Below are positions 25,401 to 36,812 of a stretch of DNA of 64,000 bases, piece after piece (position 1 is the first letter of the stretch; the number at the start of each line of letters is the position of its first letter). A model generated the notes under the pieces. The model did not search any database and had not been told where the DNA came from. It was given only the letters and a program-made list of their open reading frames with translations. Source of the stretch: Sphagnum compactum (lineage: Eukaryota); assembly GCA_965153455.1 (NCBI GenBank), contig OZ234493.1, forward strand, positions 35,454,213 to 35,518,212. The letters are read 5' to 3'. The translations under genes and the position numbers were made by a program.

Positions 25401-28400
25401 CCTTAAAGTTTACCTCGACATCAAATCAGGTGGTTTCTAAGTTGGGTCACCTCTCTCCTTCCCTCTCAATTGGTCTCACTCAATTTAAGCAATACACACA
25501 TGAAAAACATGCGCAATGCTAACGTGAGAGGAAGCTTTCCATTGAATTAATAAAAAGGGATGGGTGACCTCCACTTGGTGGGGGTAGAACTTGAATGGTG
25601 TTTTGATACTTCGGAAATGGAAAGAGGAGAGGAACATTACAATGCCACCAAATCCTCCCATGCCAAGGTGAGAAAGATTGTTAGGGTATGTACTATGGAC
25701 TCCAAAGGATTGGGAATTCTACTTTTACTTTTCAGATTTTTGAGAAGCAAAAACTTTCAAGTTTATTTTAAACAATTGCCCTTCACATGGAAGGATTGGA
25801 AAAGAAGTTGCCCTGCGCATGTGAAAGGTCCCAAAAGTTTTTTCCCTTCACTAGAAGGGCTAGGTGCCATTGAAGGGCATTGAAAGATTCAAATGTAAGG
25901 CCACACCACCCGCTCCACCATGAGGATGGGTGGTGATTGGCAGGAAACACTGTTCCATTGAGTTGCAATTGTGAAACCCTACTTAAACTTCATAAAAAGA
26001 AAGCACCCAAGAAAGGGAGAGAAAAAGAAACAAGGGGCAAAGACGAAAGTCCAGGCAAACAAACAACCCAAAAGAGGAGGGCCACAAGGAGGCAAGGGAA
26101 CCCCGAAGTACCGAAACCTCCACCAGTCACTTGAAGCATATCAAGTAAAGAAAAAGGAGGTAAACCTGATAAAACAATCAGTGTTTAAATCAGTTTTTGT
26201 TTTTGCCACCTGCGTACTAACAACGTGGTAGCATTATAGCATCCCTCACCTATGTACTAGTCATCAACATGCATTTACTTCCTAACCAGGCATTGATGAT
26301 CATACTGACCTATTTACAGGACACATCCTTTACAATATAGGTGAAATTCTAATGCACGGTGCCATCGTGGACGGTGGCTGTTGGTTCACTCGGGCCCCCT
26401 CTCTCTGGAATAACCTAACGAATTCAATGAAGAAACAGAAGCAAAGGACACAGATTCTAAGCATCTTTGGGCAGTGGATGTCCCACTTGAATGCACTTTG
26501 TATTTATATGTCCAGACGTGCCGCGCCGGATTGCTCAATAGTTTCAAAAAGAGCAGCCTTAGTAATAGTTTGTACGATCTTCTTTGTATCCCATTAAGGG
26601 CCGGCGCCTCGCATGATGTTTGGTGATGGCATCCATCCAGAATCACAATGGAATTTAACCCTATATAAGCAACCTCCTCCTTGCAAGTGACGGTTGTACC
26701 TCGTGACACCCCAAATTCCAATAGTAACTACTACACCCACAGAAGTAGGAAAAACGCAAGTCCGCTTCCTTCATTATCTGTAAGTTAAAAGGCCCTCGGT
26801 ATGGGGCATTCCCAAAATAAGGGGCCTAGAGCAATTATATAGCCTAATCCAGTGCACATTTTGTGTAGGGTAAAGGGCATTACTGAAAGAAGAGCACACG
26901 AAGTGAGAACCAAATGCAAGCTCAATTTCAGTTATTGCTCTCACCTGTGAGTTTTACTATGGTGTAGAACTCAATGCAACCTTCAAAGAGACAGTGTTTA
27001 GGGTTTTTGTAAAGCCCATTGTGAAAGCAGAACACCCACTTCCAGTGCAGATGAATAATTATGCACTATAACATGCCCTCCAATTATACAACAAAAATTC
27101 CAAGAGGTTTTTTATATGAATATCCCCAACCTATGAACCTTACCCAATGAAAAGCACAAGGTGAGGCTGACCATAAGCCTAAATATATGTAGTTCATGAG
27201 GCAGTAAGAGTAGGTTGGGTATCTTATACTTACTATGCAGGAGTGGGAGGGACCTTACCCACTTTGTTGAAGCAAGAGGCACCTTATATAATGTTGTTCT
27301 CCCCATCTGAAATAGTAGGTGTAAGATCCCTACTGTTTTTGGGAAGGCGGCAGAAGGGGCACTACAAATCCACTTTCGTGGAAATTTCTTGGAATGGTTT
27401 GCCATTGGTATTTTGAAATCTTTTACTTACTTACTTACGGCACAGGAGCAGTAGGCTTCATGATTATCATCAATGACAGTTGTAAACCTGGCAGGGAAAA
27501 GAAAAGTGCCTACAGTGGGGGTGCAATAAACGACTCCATCATCATCATGACTGCGTTTTTGCAATGAATGGATTGACGTATGATGACCAGCAGATGAAAC
27601 TTCTTGCTTATTTGCTATCCAAAAGGAGGGGGATGACTCCTCAAAGGGTGTCATGAACAAAATGACTTAATGATCCCAAAGTCTGTCGACTAAGAGTGAG
27701 AAAGCTCTATCATCATCTACCAGTAGGGTGATGTATCTATCACATTTGTTTTGTGGCAGTACTAGTCCCTGTAGTATTTATTTGTTTGTCTGTTGAAAAG
27801 TAGCTACTTTACAGGCCCACCCCTGAATGCAAACTTTTACGATTTTGCTGAACACAGATGTACAATCTACCTATCTACTTATTAGAAAGTTGTCAATGGA
27901 CAAGTGAAAACTCTATTCACATTTGACAAATTGTAGGGTTTGCCAAGATTATAATCATTCAACTACCTTCTCTACTTCATCCACGCTTAGCATCCGCTAG
28001 ATGTACAGGACAAGCTCCACGTTAGTAAATATTAGTTTTGTAAAGCTCCAGCAGAATTTTTCAGTGTATGTGGAGGGCATCCTATCAAGGTCAGATTTGG
28101 AAATGGCTCAGGGCATTCTGAGAAATGAAACGCCTGATCCAATGGGCATTTTTCCTTTTTCCTGTCACCTTACCTCTTTCTCTGTTTATTTTTCCTGTGA
28201 GACACAACAAGTATAATGGGGAAAATACTGCCAGTGATTAGTGGCCTCAGAGCAGGGACCCCAGTTCCTAAACCTGACATCTAATTCTTACCCCCAGACC
28301 TTTTCTCATTAGCCCCCAATAAAAGCCAAGATCCCAACAGCGATTCACAAGTTCATGAATGTTTCTGTTTGGTCTGTAAAGTAGATCCTACCACTACTCC

Positions 28401-31400
28401 TCGTATCTTTCTTTTCGGCCCAACACTTGACCATGGAAGGGGAGAGACTCCAGAGATAGCAAGAGAGAAACTAAAATTTGACAGTAGGCCACTAGGTATT
28501 CTTGAAAACCTTGTCCTTAGTCCATACTCAATCAAGTGAGAGAGAAACCCTGTCCCTACACCATAGAGAAGAAACGTTTTGTTTTTTTCTGGTTGGAAGG
28601 TGAGCTCTATTTGGTGGCGGCAACAGGCCTGCTGATTTATGGGTGATGAATACCTGCCACTGATGTTCGGCATTTATTTATTTCCCAACAGTTGGGAAAA
28701 ATAAATTCCTATAAACCCAGTCGCATTTTAAGGAATTGAGAACTTGTGACCTGCTTGCTATAGGTGGGACTACAAACCATGCCTTTAGCCTAGGGCATAG
28801 TTATGAGAAAACACGGTGGACCTTTTCAATTTATATTAAACTGTCAAAATCTGAAATATTAAAATTAAGGCTATCTAACCCCATTCCTTTCAGTAACTAA
28901 TTATTTCCACAAAATCCTGCCAATTATCAGTGGCAATTATGGTATTCTTCTCTGAGGTTGCTATTGTTCTAGTACACTTGATGATATGAACTGAAACATC
29001 ATGGTTGGTCATCTATGATAGCATTATTGACTCCAATGAGGTGGGTATATTGATGGCACCCTGATATATGGACTGATATTGGTCCTTGTGTTTTAAGAAC
29101 ATATCTGCATTGCAGGCTCTTCAGGCAACAACTCTCCTTACCATTACAAGCCATGTCTGAATTTTAAAAAAAAATTCAATACCAGTACCTGCTTTAATAT
29201 GAAAATTTAAAAAAGATTTGTAACCAGTTTCAAATCAAGGTGGTACAAATCTCAATATTAGATATATACACGCCTCATACTGGTCCTTAGACCCTAATAC
29301 CAGTACTGGGCTGGTATAAAACTCATAAAAGAGATTTGATACCAATATCAGGCTGGTATGAAATTTAAAAAAAGATTCAATACCAGTACCAGGCTGGTAT
29401 GAGTCTTTTTAATAAATTTGATAACACTACCAACTGGTGTGACCCAATATTGGTTGAGACCCCTGAGTGGTAACTTGTAAGTTTTTAAGTTCTGGGCATT
29501 TTGTCAACTTAACATGGATGGATAATGTAACTCAATCTGGATATTTAATACCTGAAGTTAATACTTGAGTACCAAAACTTGATATGGACCTAAATTAAGT
29601 TGTGCTTTGAAATATGCTAAAGGCACCAAATTAAGTTGTTTGTCAAAATATGTTGAAGGCATGGATGTCTTATGAGGCCTTTTATTCATCTTGTTAAGCA
29701 TTCAAGAAATTTTTTAGTGTATGACTAGGGTACCTTGTATTTGTGAATATCCTTTGCAGAAAGAGGAAAGATTTTTTAAGCTTTTATACATCATAGATAA
29801 AAATAGTGGTTATGTGAAAAAAAAATTTATCATAGGTTCATAAAATCTATTTACACAAATGTCATGCATCTAAAATGTGTATAAAAACACAAATAAATAG
29901 GATGAAATATTTTTACTCATAACAAAATATTTTATCCTATTTATATACATTTCATATGTGTTTTAAACACATAATATCTGGATGTTTAAAGTTTATGATG
30001 TAAGTGTAAAATCACTCACATGCTTAACAAGTAAATATAAAAAGCTTCTCCCTCCTATGCCTCATGATCTACATATGTTTAGGTTATAACATTTGCCAAG
30101 TGTCCTTAATGATGGATAAAGCTCACATGTGAACGACATTCCCAAAATGCAAGGCCAGATTTGGCTACCACCTTGTCCTAAGCCACTTACTTAGTCTTTA
30201 GTCACACAGAATCAGCTTATTCGGGTCACCCATGAAGACCTCACAGGGAGTCAGACTCAGTAGCAGAAACCCACTCTCTAGTACTAAAAGGTGTCTATTT
30301 TATGTGTAAGGTGAACCCAAAGAGGGGGGAGCATTTCCCCAATTTAATTAGAAGCACCCTAGAATGAGGCACTAGCGCAGTCCCAACTGCCATCTTGAGA
30401 AAGTCCCCCATCTATGGACTTTCTTCATTGTAAAGCTTGAGGTGAAGGTTATCATGAACATATGCGGATAATGAGGCATAGGCCTGCTACTCAATAGTGG
30501 GAGAGAATGTGAGGAGTTTGTGCATAATATCTCTCCTCGTGTTTAAAAGAGATATCCGTGGATATAAGCTGCCCTCCAAATACACTAAGAATTGTCTCCA
30601 AAGTGCTTCACATTCCCAAAATGTCAAGCAGTTAACTTGATGTACAAATTCCATGGCTACAAACTTGCTCATGTAGCCTTGAGGTTAGGCAACGCAACAT
30701 CATGCAGACAGAGCATATAGATTTTCACTAGATTGAAACCGCAGCCTGTTCTAGAGGCCTTATTTTCTACCTGGAGGAAAGAACAGCAAAGCATCTATTA
30801 GTCTGTTCTGAGATTCACCATTGAAATTTTATATGTACTGTGGAACAGTGTGTTGGGTAAGGTGCGAACAAGCCCATTAGGGCAACCCGGGAATTGCACC
30901 CAACATAATGGGCAAGGGTGACGCCATTCCATGGCATCAAGGTCTGGGGTGACAGATTGAACGCTTTAACACAAAATTCATATTCAAAGGACACATTTTG
31001 GTCACTATTATGAGCGTGTATGTTCACTATTTCCAGAAGATTATGTCACATAATGTGGACATAAATTACCACCCCAGACCCTTAATGAGCCGAATGACAC
31101 CCCCTGGATATTGTAGAAGCAAGAGCTGCATCAATGAGATGACAGTGGTTTGCAGCAGAAGGAGAAAAGTACATTGATTCTTACTGAATCTGCTTCTCAC
31201 AAACCATTTGATGAAATGAGAATTTGAACCAGTGGTGGTCTGGTATCCACTTTGGAATGTAGCAGCCTGCTCCTGGTATTGGGTAAGTACCTTTTAAAGT
31301 TTCCATATGAGCCTGGTCTTCATATATTGAGTCCAAGATTGATTTTTGGCTGGTATGAGACAGGTATATACTTGGCATTGAAAGTAACACAAGGCTGGTA

Positions 31401-32064
31401 TAACCTCAGGTCCTTACCAGGATGGTACTGGTAGAAGCCTGATATTGCCTTAGTTCATGTCAGCCTGTTAGGGTCCCCAGTGGTGATACCAGCCATGAAG
31501 TGTCTAGATGTACCAGACCAACACTGGTTGAACGCTGTACATCAGTGTGAGAGAAGACCATGACCCTACTAGTTTGTTGATCTAGAGCCGTAAATGCTCG
31601 TGAGATTGGTCTCTTGTCGTGGAAGATCGACAAACCCAGCTCTGGTTGACAGAAGTTTTTCAACAACAAGGAAGAGTGGACTAATTGTGTAAACTGATCA
31701 ACTTCTTCTCTTTGGTGATGGAGATCTGCCCCAGTGATTTACAATCAATGGGAGATCAGTTGGGCCATGACGTCCACTAGGTAATTTTTTTCCTCTACAA
31801 AGCATTTCAGCCCAAATTGTCCCAGCTTATAAAAAAAGCCAATTTAATTTTACACGGAATTTAAAGCTCCTCTGAACATATTCTCAGAGTTTTGTAAATG
31901 ATGATGATGTCTGATCAATCTCGAGAGCTCAGTCCAACACTAGCTTGCAGCAGAGACAATCTAAGTAGCTAGCGGGTTGCAGTTTGTTCTAATTGAGCTG
32001 CACTTGATGATCACTGGAATCTTAAAACCTAGCTCAATTTTGTTGTAACTGGATCATGGGTAAG

Positions 32065-32067
<3 letters not shown>

Positions 32068-32095
<28 letters not shown>
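32068..32095. repeat. (CT)n microsatellite
   Basis: Perfect CT run. A (GA)n run also lies at ~32359-32379, downstream of the ALOG gene. Confidence 0.95.
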
Positions 32096-32096
<1 letters not shown>

Positions 32097-32655
32097 GGTA
32101 TCCGAATTCAAACTATATGACGAATTGTTGCTCCTGGGGTTCGCCTGCAACTGATGAGCTTCGAGGAGCTGGTCTGAATTTATTCTCATCTTGAATATCA
32201 TCATCGTAACCACACGTACTTATAGCTACAGGCTGCAGCAGCCAAGGGCTTCACAACGCTAGGTACCTCTTAAGAATAGTCATACGCCCTGCACCGCGTG
32301 CAGCAGCCCGGAGCCAGACTGACGTTTGTAAATGTACCTCTTGAAATGTCAGACACGCGAGAGAGAGAGAGAGAGAGAGAAGCGGAATAGGATACCGTCG
32401 TGATTCATCAGCGATATCCTGCAGCATATATACACGTCCTCCTCCCGATATAGGAGCAGGACTGCCGTGTAGGAGTAATTACAAAGCAAGTGTTGATCAT
32501 ATTCCAGCTCCAGAATCAGGAGACTTACGCAGGCAATTGTAGTTGAACACGTTTTCGTACAGCAGCTGGGAAGTTGGACAAGAATTTTGTGGATTAAGTG
32601 GTGGAAGACGAGTCCGGATTTAGTTTGGGAGGTTGGCGTCTCGTCGACAGAAGTT

Positions 32656-33333
32656 CTACGTGCCTGGCTGCATCCCCTGCTGCACTTGCATATTATTGGC
32701 ATTCACTACATGACCGCCACCGATGGTGATGGCATGATCGGAGGTGGGAGCTGGAGGAGGCCGCTTGCGTTTCTTCTTTCCGTAAGCAATACCTCGTGCC
32801 TTGGCCTGCATTTCGCGTACCTCACGAAGGTAAAGACGCACTGTCCGAGCTCCGAACGGGTTAGACTCCGGCTTGCCGCCATTCTCCTCGAACGCGGCTC
32901 GTAATCTGCCGATGAGCGCATCCAGGGAACCCCACGCTTGGCGAAGCGGGCAAGGACAAGGGTGGGGAGGTTGTGGAAGGCCGAAGTAAGGGCACGTGGT
33001 CAGATGCACCTTCGTCTTACCAAACTGGTCCAGGTATCTCACGAAGTCCAGCACATGTGTGCCTGTACATCTCGCCAACGGCAGAGGCGGTCGATGGTTA
33101 CGCAGATACTGACCGAACGTATTCCAGTCTCGCCGCTTCTGCGCCTCGTAACGGCTAGGCGCCCTTGTCGATCCTTCATCAGCTTGCGCCTGCAGCTGCA
33201 GCTGATCATGGCCCAGTACAATACCACCACCTGCATGAAGTGCTGCTTCCCCAGCTCCTCCCATCATCGAAGTTCCTGCCCCCCCATGATCTACCAGTAT
33301 TCCTCGGCCCACCCCGGGCGGGTCACCACTCAT
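32656..33333 (-). CDS. ALOG-domain (LSH/G1/TAW1-like) nuclear transcription factor, 225 aa, single coding exon
   Basis: Intact GC-rich ORF with the canonical ALOG motifs [74 protein letters not shown] and QAKARGI, plus the basic NLS KKKRKR. Confidence 0.97.
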   Translation of the reverse strand: MSGDPPGVGRGILVDHGGAGTSMMGGAGEAALHAGGGIVLGHDQLQLQAQADEGSTRAPSRYEAQKRRDWNTFGQYLRNHRPPLPLARCTGTHVLDFVRYLDQFGKTKVHLTTCPYFGLPQPPHPCPCPLRQAWGSLDALIGRLRAAFEENGGKPESNPFGARTVRLYLREVREMQAKARGIAYGKKKRKRPPPAPTSDHAITIGGGHVVNANNMQVQQGMQPGT

Positions 33334-34084
33334 GAGTCACGAATTAACCACCTCCCCTCCCCCGCCCCCCGCCCCCACTTCGGACCACCCACCCTACGCC
33401 GCGACTTGTAAGCTAGCAGCTCGAACTTACAGCTCTGCAGCTCTCACATCCGGCCGCCGCTGTTCAAACTTCACACCTTTTTCTCCCAGAACGTGGCTTT
33501 AGACGCCTCAGGCCAAGATTTTTTTTTCTCTTTTGTTGCATCTGCTTAGCTTAGTGCAGGCACTAGAAACAAACACTAGCTCTAATCGATGATCCCTTAC
33601 ACACGAAAGAACAAGCAGATAAAACTTTTGCTGAGGATAAACTACGAATTCACGCCTGCACCGCGCCGGGAGCCTAGTTCCGCGGCCTCCTGAGAAATTG
33701 CGAGTCGACGAAACCTGCAAAGGCCACACGCTTCAGAGCTTCAGACAACTAGAGCTACTACTACTACTGTCACAACCCTTAGCGAGGGAGGTTGCTGCTG
33801 CACACCATTGGCTTGGCGATTGAGTCCCGCGAGTTAGCCTTGCGTCGACGACGAGCTCGGCCGGGAAAAAAAAAAGAGAAAACAAAAAAAAAAGCAACTA
33901 ACCGACACACCTATGCTTAGAAGTTGTTGGAAAAAGCTACTCGCGTTTGTCGGACATGACTGACTGTTCAGATGCTGCTGCAGCATAACAATAGCTACGC
34001 AGATCCGTAGCACCTTCCCGGTCTCCTCCTTTACTGTTCCACACCAACCAATGTTTTTTTTTTTTTTTTTTTTGGGGGGGGTAA

Positions 34085-34370
34085 ATTTTGGGATGTAGCC
34101 CAAAGTGGCGATGATCTTCCATAAGAAGATTTAGCCGAATTCAAGGCTACAAGCTAAATATGAAAGTCTTTTTAAAAAACTTGACATCAGGTTCTGTATT
34201 ATGGGTTACTATTTGAACCATGTATAGAAATCTGCCAGGAATTTTTCCTTTAATTGAATTGATCTAGTTTCTGGCTATTAAAAATCTCCAAAAAATTGAT
34301 ATTAACACTTTTATTTTTATTTTTCGATTTCTGGCTATATGTAGCCAGCAGAGCAAATGTTTGATATAAT
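34085..34370. repeat. Dispersed repeat family (tttagccaaatttggctac...atatgaaag)
   Basis: The core recurs at ~34128, ~34780, ~37197 and ~43993, and the reverse orientation occurs at ~44490-44560. Confidence 0.7.
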
Positions 34371-35068
34371 TACCAACCTGCCCACTCCCCTCCCCAGAGG
34401 CCCACGTCTAATCTCAGGCTACTAGGCTCTAGCGACCAATATAGTCAAGCAGTTGTCACCTCCCTCTGGCTACAAAAAGACTGCAACAGTGGGGTCCCCC
34501 GACCCTGACCAACCCCGGGCCCCGCCCCCAGTTCCCCACCTTCTGACGAGCCCACAACTACCATCAGGTGGGTAATAAAGCAGGCCGCTAATACAGCAGC
34601 ACGCGTCAAGCGGCCAGATCTACAGTGTGCTGCCGCACCTCTGAAGATGCGTCAGTGAAATTCATAAGATCTCCGCCTTGATGAATCAGGCAGCTGTTGT
34701 GGTGGACCTTGGTGCCAGGGGGGTTTTTTCATTTGAATTTTGTCAGGTAGGTGGACTGGCGATCATCCACTAGAGGACTTGGCCAAATTTGGCTACAGGG
34801 CAGAGAAGAAAGTAGAATGATTTTGGGACCCTGCTATATTTTTGCGAATTATTAGAACCCATCGGTTTAAATCTGGCGATTTTAGAATTTTAATCTAAAT
34901 CTGCTAATTTCAAATGTGCAGTTTAAATGTGGCGATTTTTAACCTCAAAATAAGATGACTTTGGGCCATTTTTCAAAATTATCGTTCGTTTGAGTCCCAG
35001 CCTTTTTTCTTTTTTTGTCGCCAAGTGGAGAAATTTCGCAAGAAGAAAAAACGATGCATGGTGGTGGA

Positions 35069-35176
35069 GATCCACGATTGCCGAGAGTCAAGACCATGTG
35101 GGTTGTGGATCCACGAGTCGACCATGTGGGGTTTAGATCCACGAGTCGACGATATGGGTTTCAGATCCACGAGTCC
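35069..35176. repeat. Short tandem repeat (~28-bp unit gatccacgagtcgaccatgtggg)
   Basis: gatccacga occurs four times with similar spacers. Confidence 0.85.
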
Positions 35177-36449
35177 GTGAAAAGAAGATAATTTCAGTCA
35201 TTAGATTTACATTATTACTAAGCATTACCGACATCCTAAATACAAGCGCTTTATTAGCTCATGTCCCTCACCTCCCCCACTATTTGCCTACATTTGTCTC
35301 ACCTGGGTTTGGGTTTGTAGAGAGCTTTAGAGCCCACATATGGATGGATGGACAATGGTGCAGCATTTCTTTTGTCCTAAGATTTCTTTTTTTTGTCTAG
35401 AGGTTTGTCATATATGGACCCTGGGAAGAGGTTCTGAGTCACATTGGCTTCATGGCATCTATCTTTTCGTTTTGTTTGTTTGTCAAGTTGAGATCTCCCA
35501 AATCACACTGTCTCCCCCGCCCCCCACCCTCCACTCTTGGTACCATTTGAAAGCCCTCGATGAGTAAAGGGGTGCATTTAGGTGGTTTTGTAATGTTTAG
35601 AACTTTGGTGTGAGAGTTTTTGAATATAGAATAATATTGTCATTCAAAATTCAATAACATCAAAATTGAATTTTGTAGAGAGATTGAGGTGCTACCCATA
35701 TTGTGAAAAAGCCTTCAATGAGTAGGATTTTATAGACTTATTTTGTAATTTTGAACCTAAGGTGCGGGAGATATTGAATTTTATAGTACTTTTGTCACGA
35801 GAAATTCAACAAAGTTACAAAAGATGGTTTTGGAAGGAAAGATTAGTTGGGTAACAAGTTCACACTTAGGCTACCAGTGCAAGCCAGATTAGTCTATCAA
35901 ATTATGAACGGTATCTCTATATAATTATTCTATATAGAGTTAGGATTGAGCACAGTTGGATAGCAAGGTTTACCTCAGATCCATTGTGACACATTCACAT
36001 TCAATAAGCCATCTTTTTTGAAGCCATGTGATGAATGGCATATTTGTGAGGTATACTTTGTGGTTTCATCAATTTCTACATGCAATATATGCCATGTTTA
36101 TCATAGTTTGACACTACTATAATCTGTGCCATTACCACAATATTCATGTGTCAAAAGCCTAAGGAAAATACTCTATTTGTAGTGATTTAAGTATTGTCTC
36201 TACCCATAAAACTTAAACCTTGGTGAAGGATTTGATCATAAAATTTTGGAACAAACTTGACCAATGGATGAGTGACACCTGGAGTATCATATGTGCACCA
36301 AATGGATGGGCATGCTCCATAAAAGTGCATGCAACTAACTAATGAGAAATCATAGATACAATAAGGGAAGTTTTTAGTTTGAACTTTACCATAAAGGACA
36401 TAGTCATCAGAGGATGAGCTGTTTTTCCTTCATAGTGCTTTCCTCCTAC

Positions 36450-36812
36450 CAGAATCAACTAAGCAATGAACCATGAAGGATGAACATTTGGTATGTGACA
36501 ACGAAACACTTTTTCATTGTATTTTTTGTTCCATAACTAACCTCAGTAGTTATCTATATAATGACCAACCTATGGTATCCACCTACCAAATGCCTTGCCT
36601 GCTTACCTTTGTACATAGTAATCACTTACACTCTCTGCCTTCTTTACTTGCATACTTACCCACTTACATACCTAGTTACCGGTATTGTGGGGTGAACTTA
36701 GGAGGTTTTACAAGATAGGTTACCTCCCACCTTGGTAACTCTGTTGTGGTTCATCCACAACTGAGTCACAATGGATTTCTAGTGGATGGTCCACTAGTGA
36801 ATACTAGGTCAC
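36450..36812 (-). repeat. Copy of the repeat family at 44770-45220, inverted
   Basis: gttgtggttcatccacaactgagtca...tttctagtggatggtc closely matches the reverse complement of gaccattcactagaaa...tgactcagttgtggatgaacctcaac (~44891-44940). Confidence 0.75.

Noticed and set aside
26385-26420. RAPSLWNNL resembling the C-terminus of animal LINE ORF2
   Set aside because: Short isolated match with no RT motifs upstream.
32656-33333. Active DIRS/tyrosine-recombinase element associated with the ALOG domain
   Set aside because: No recombinase catalytic residues, RT or element termini were seen; the ORF is an ordinary stand-alone ALOG protein.
32587-33411. Plus-strand ORFs of 105 and 157 aa
   Set aside because: Antisense shadows of the GC-rich ALOG CDS.
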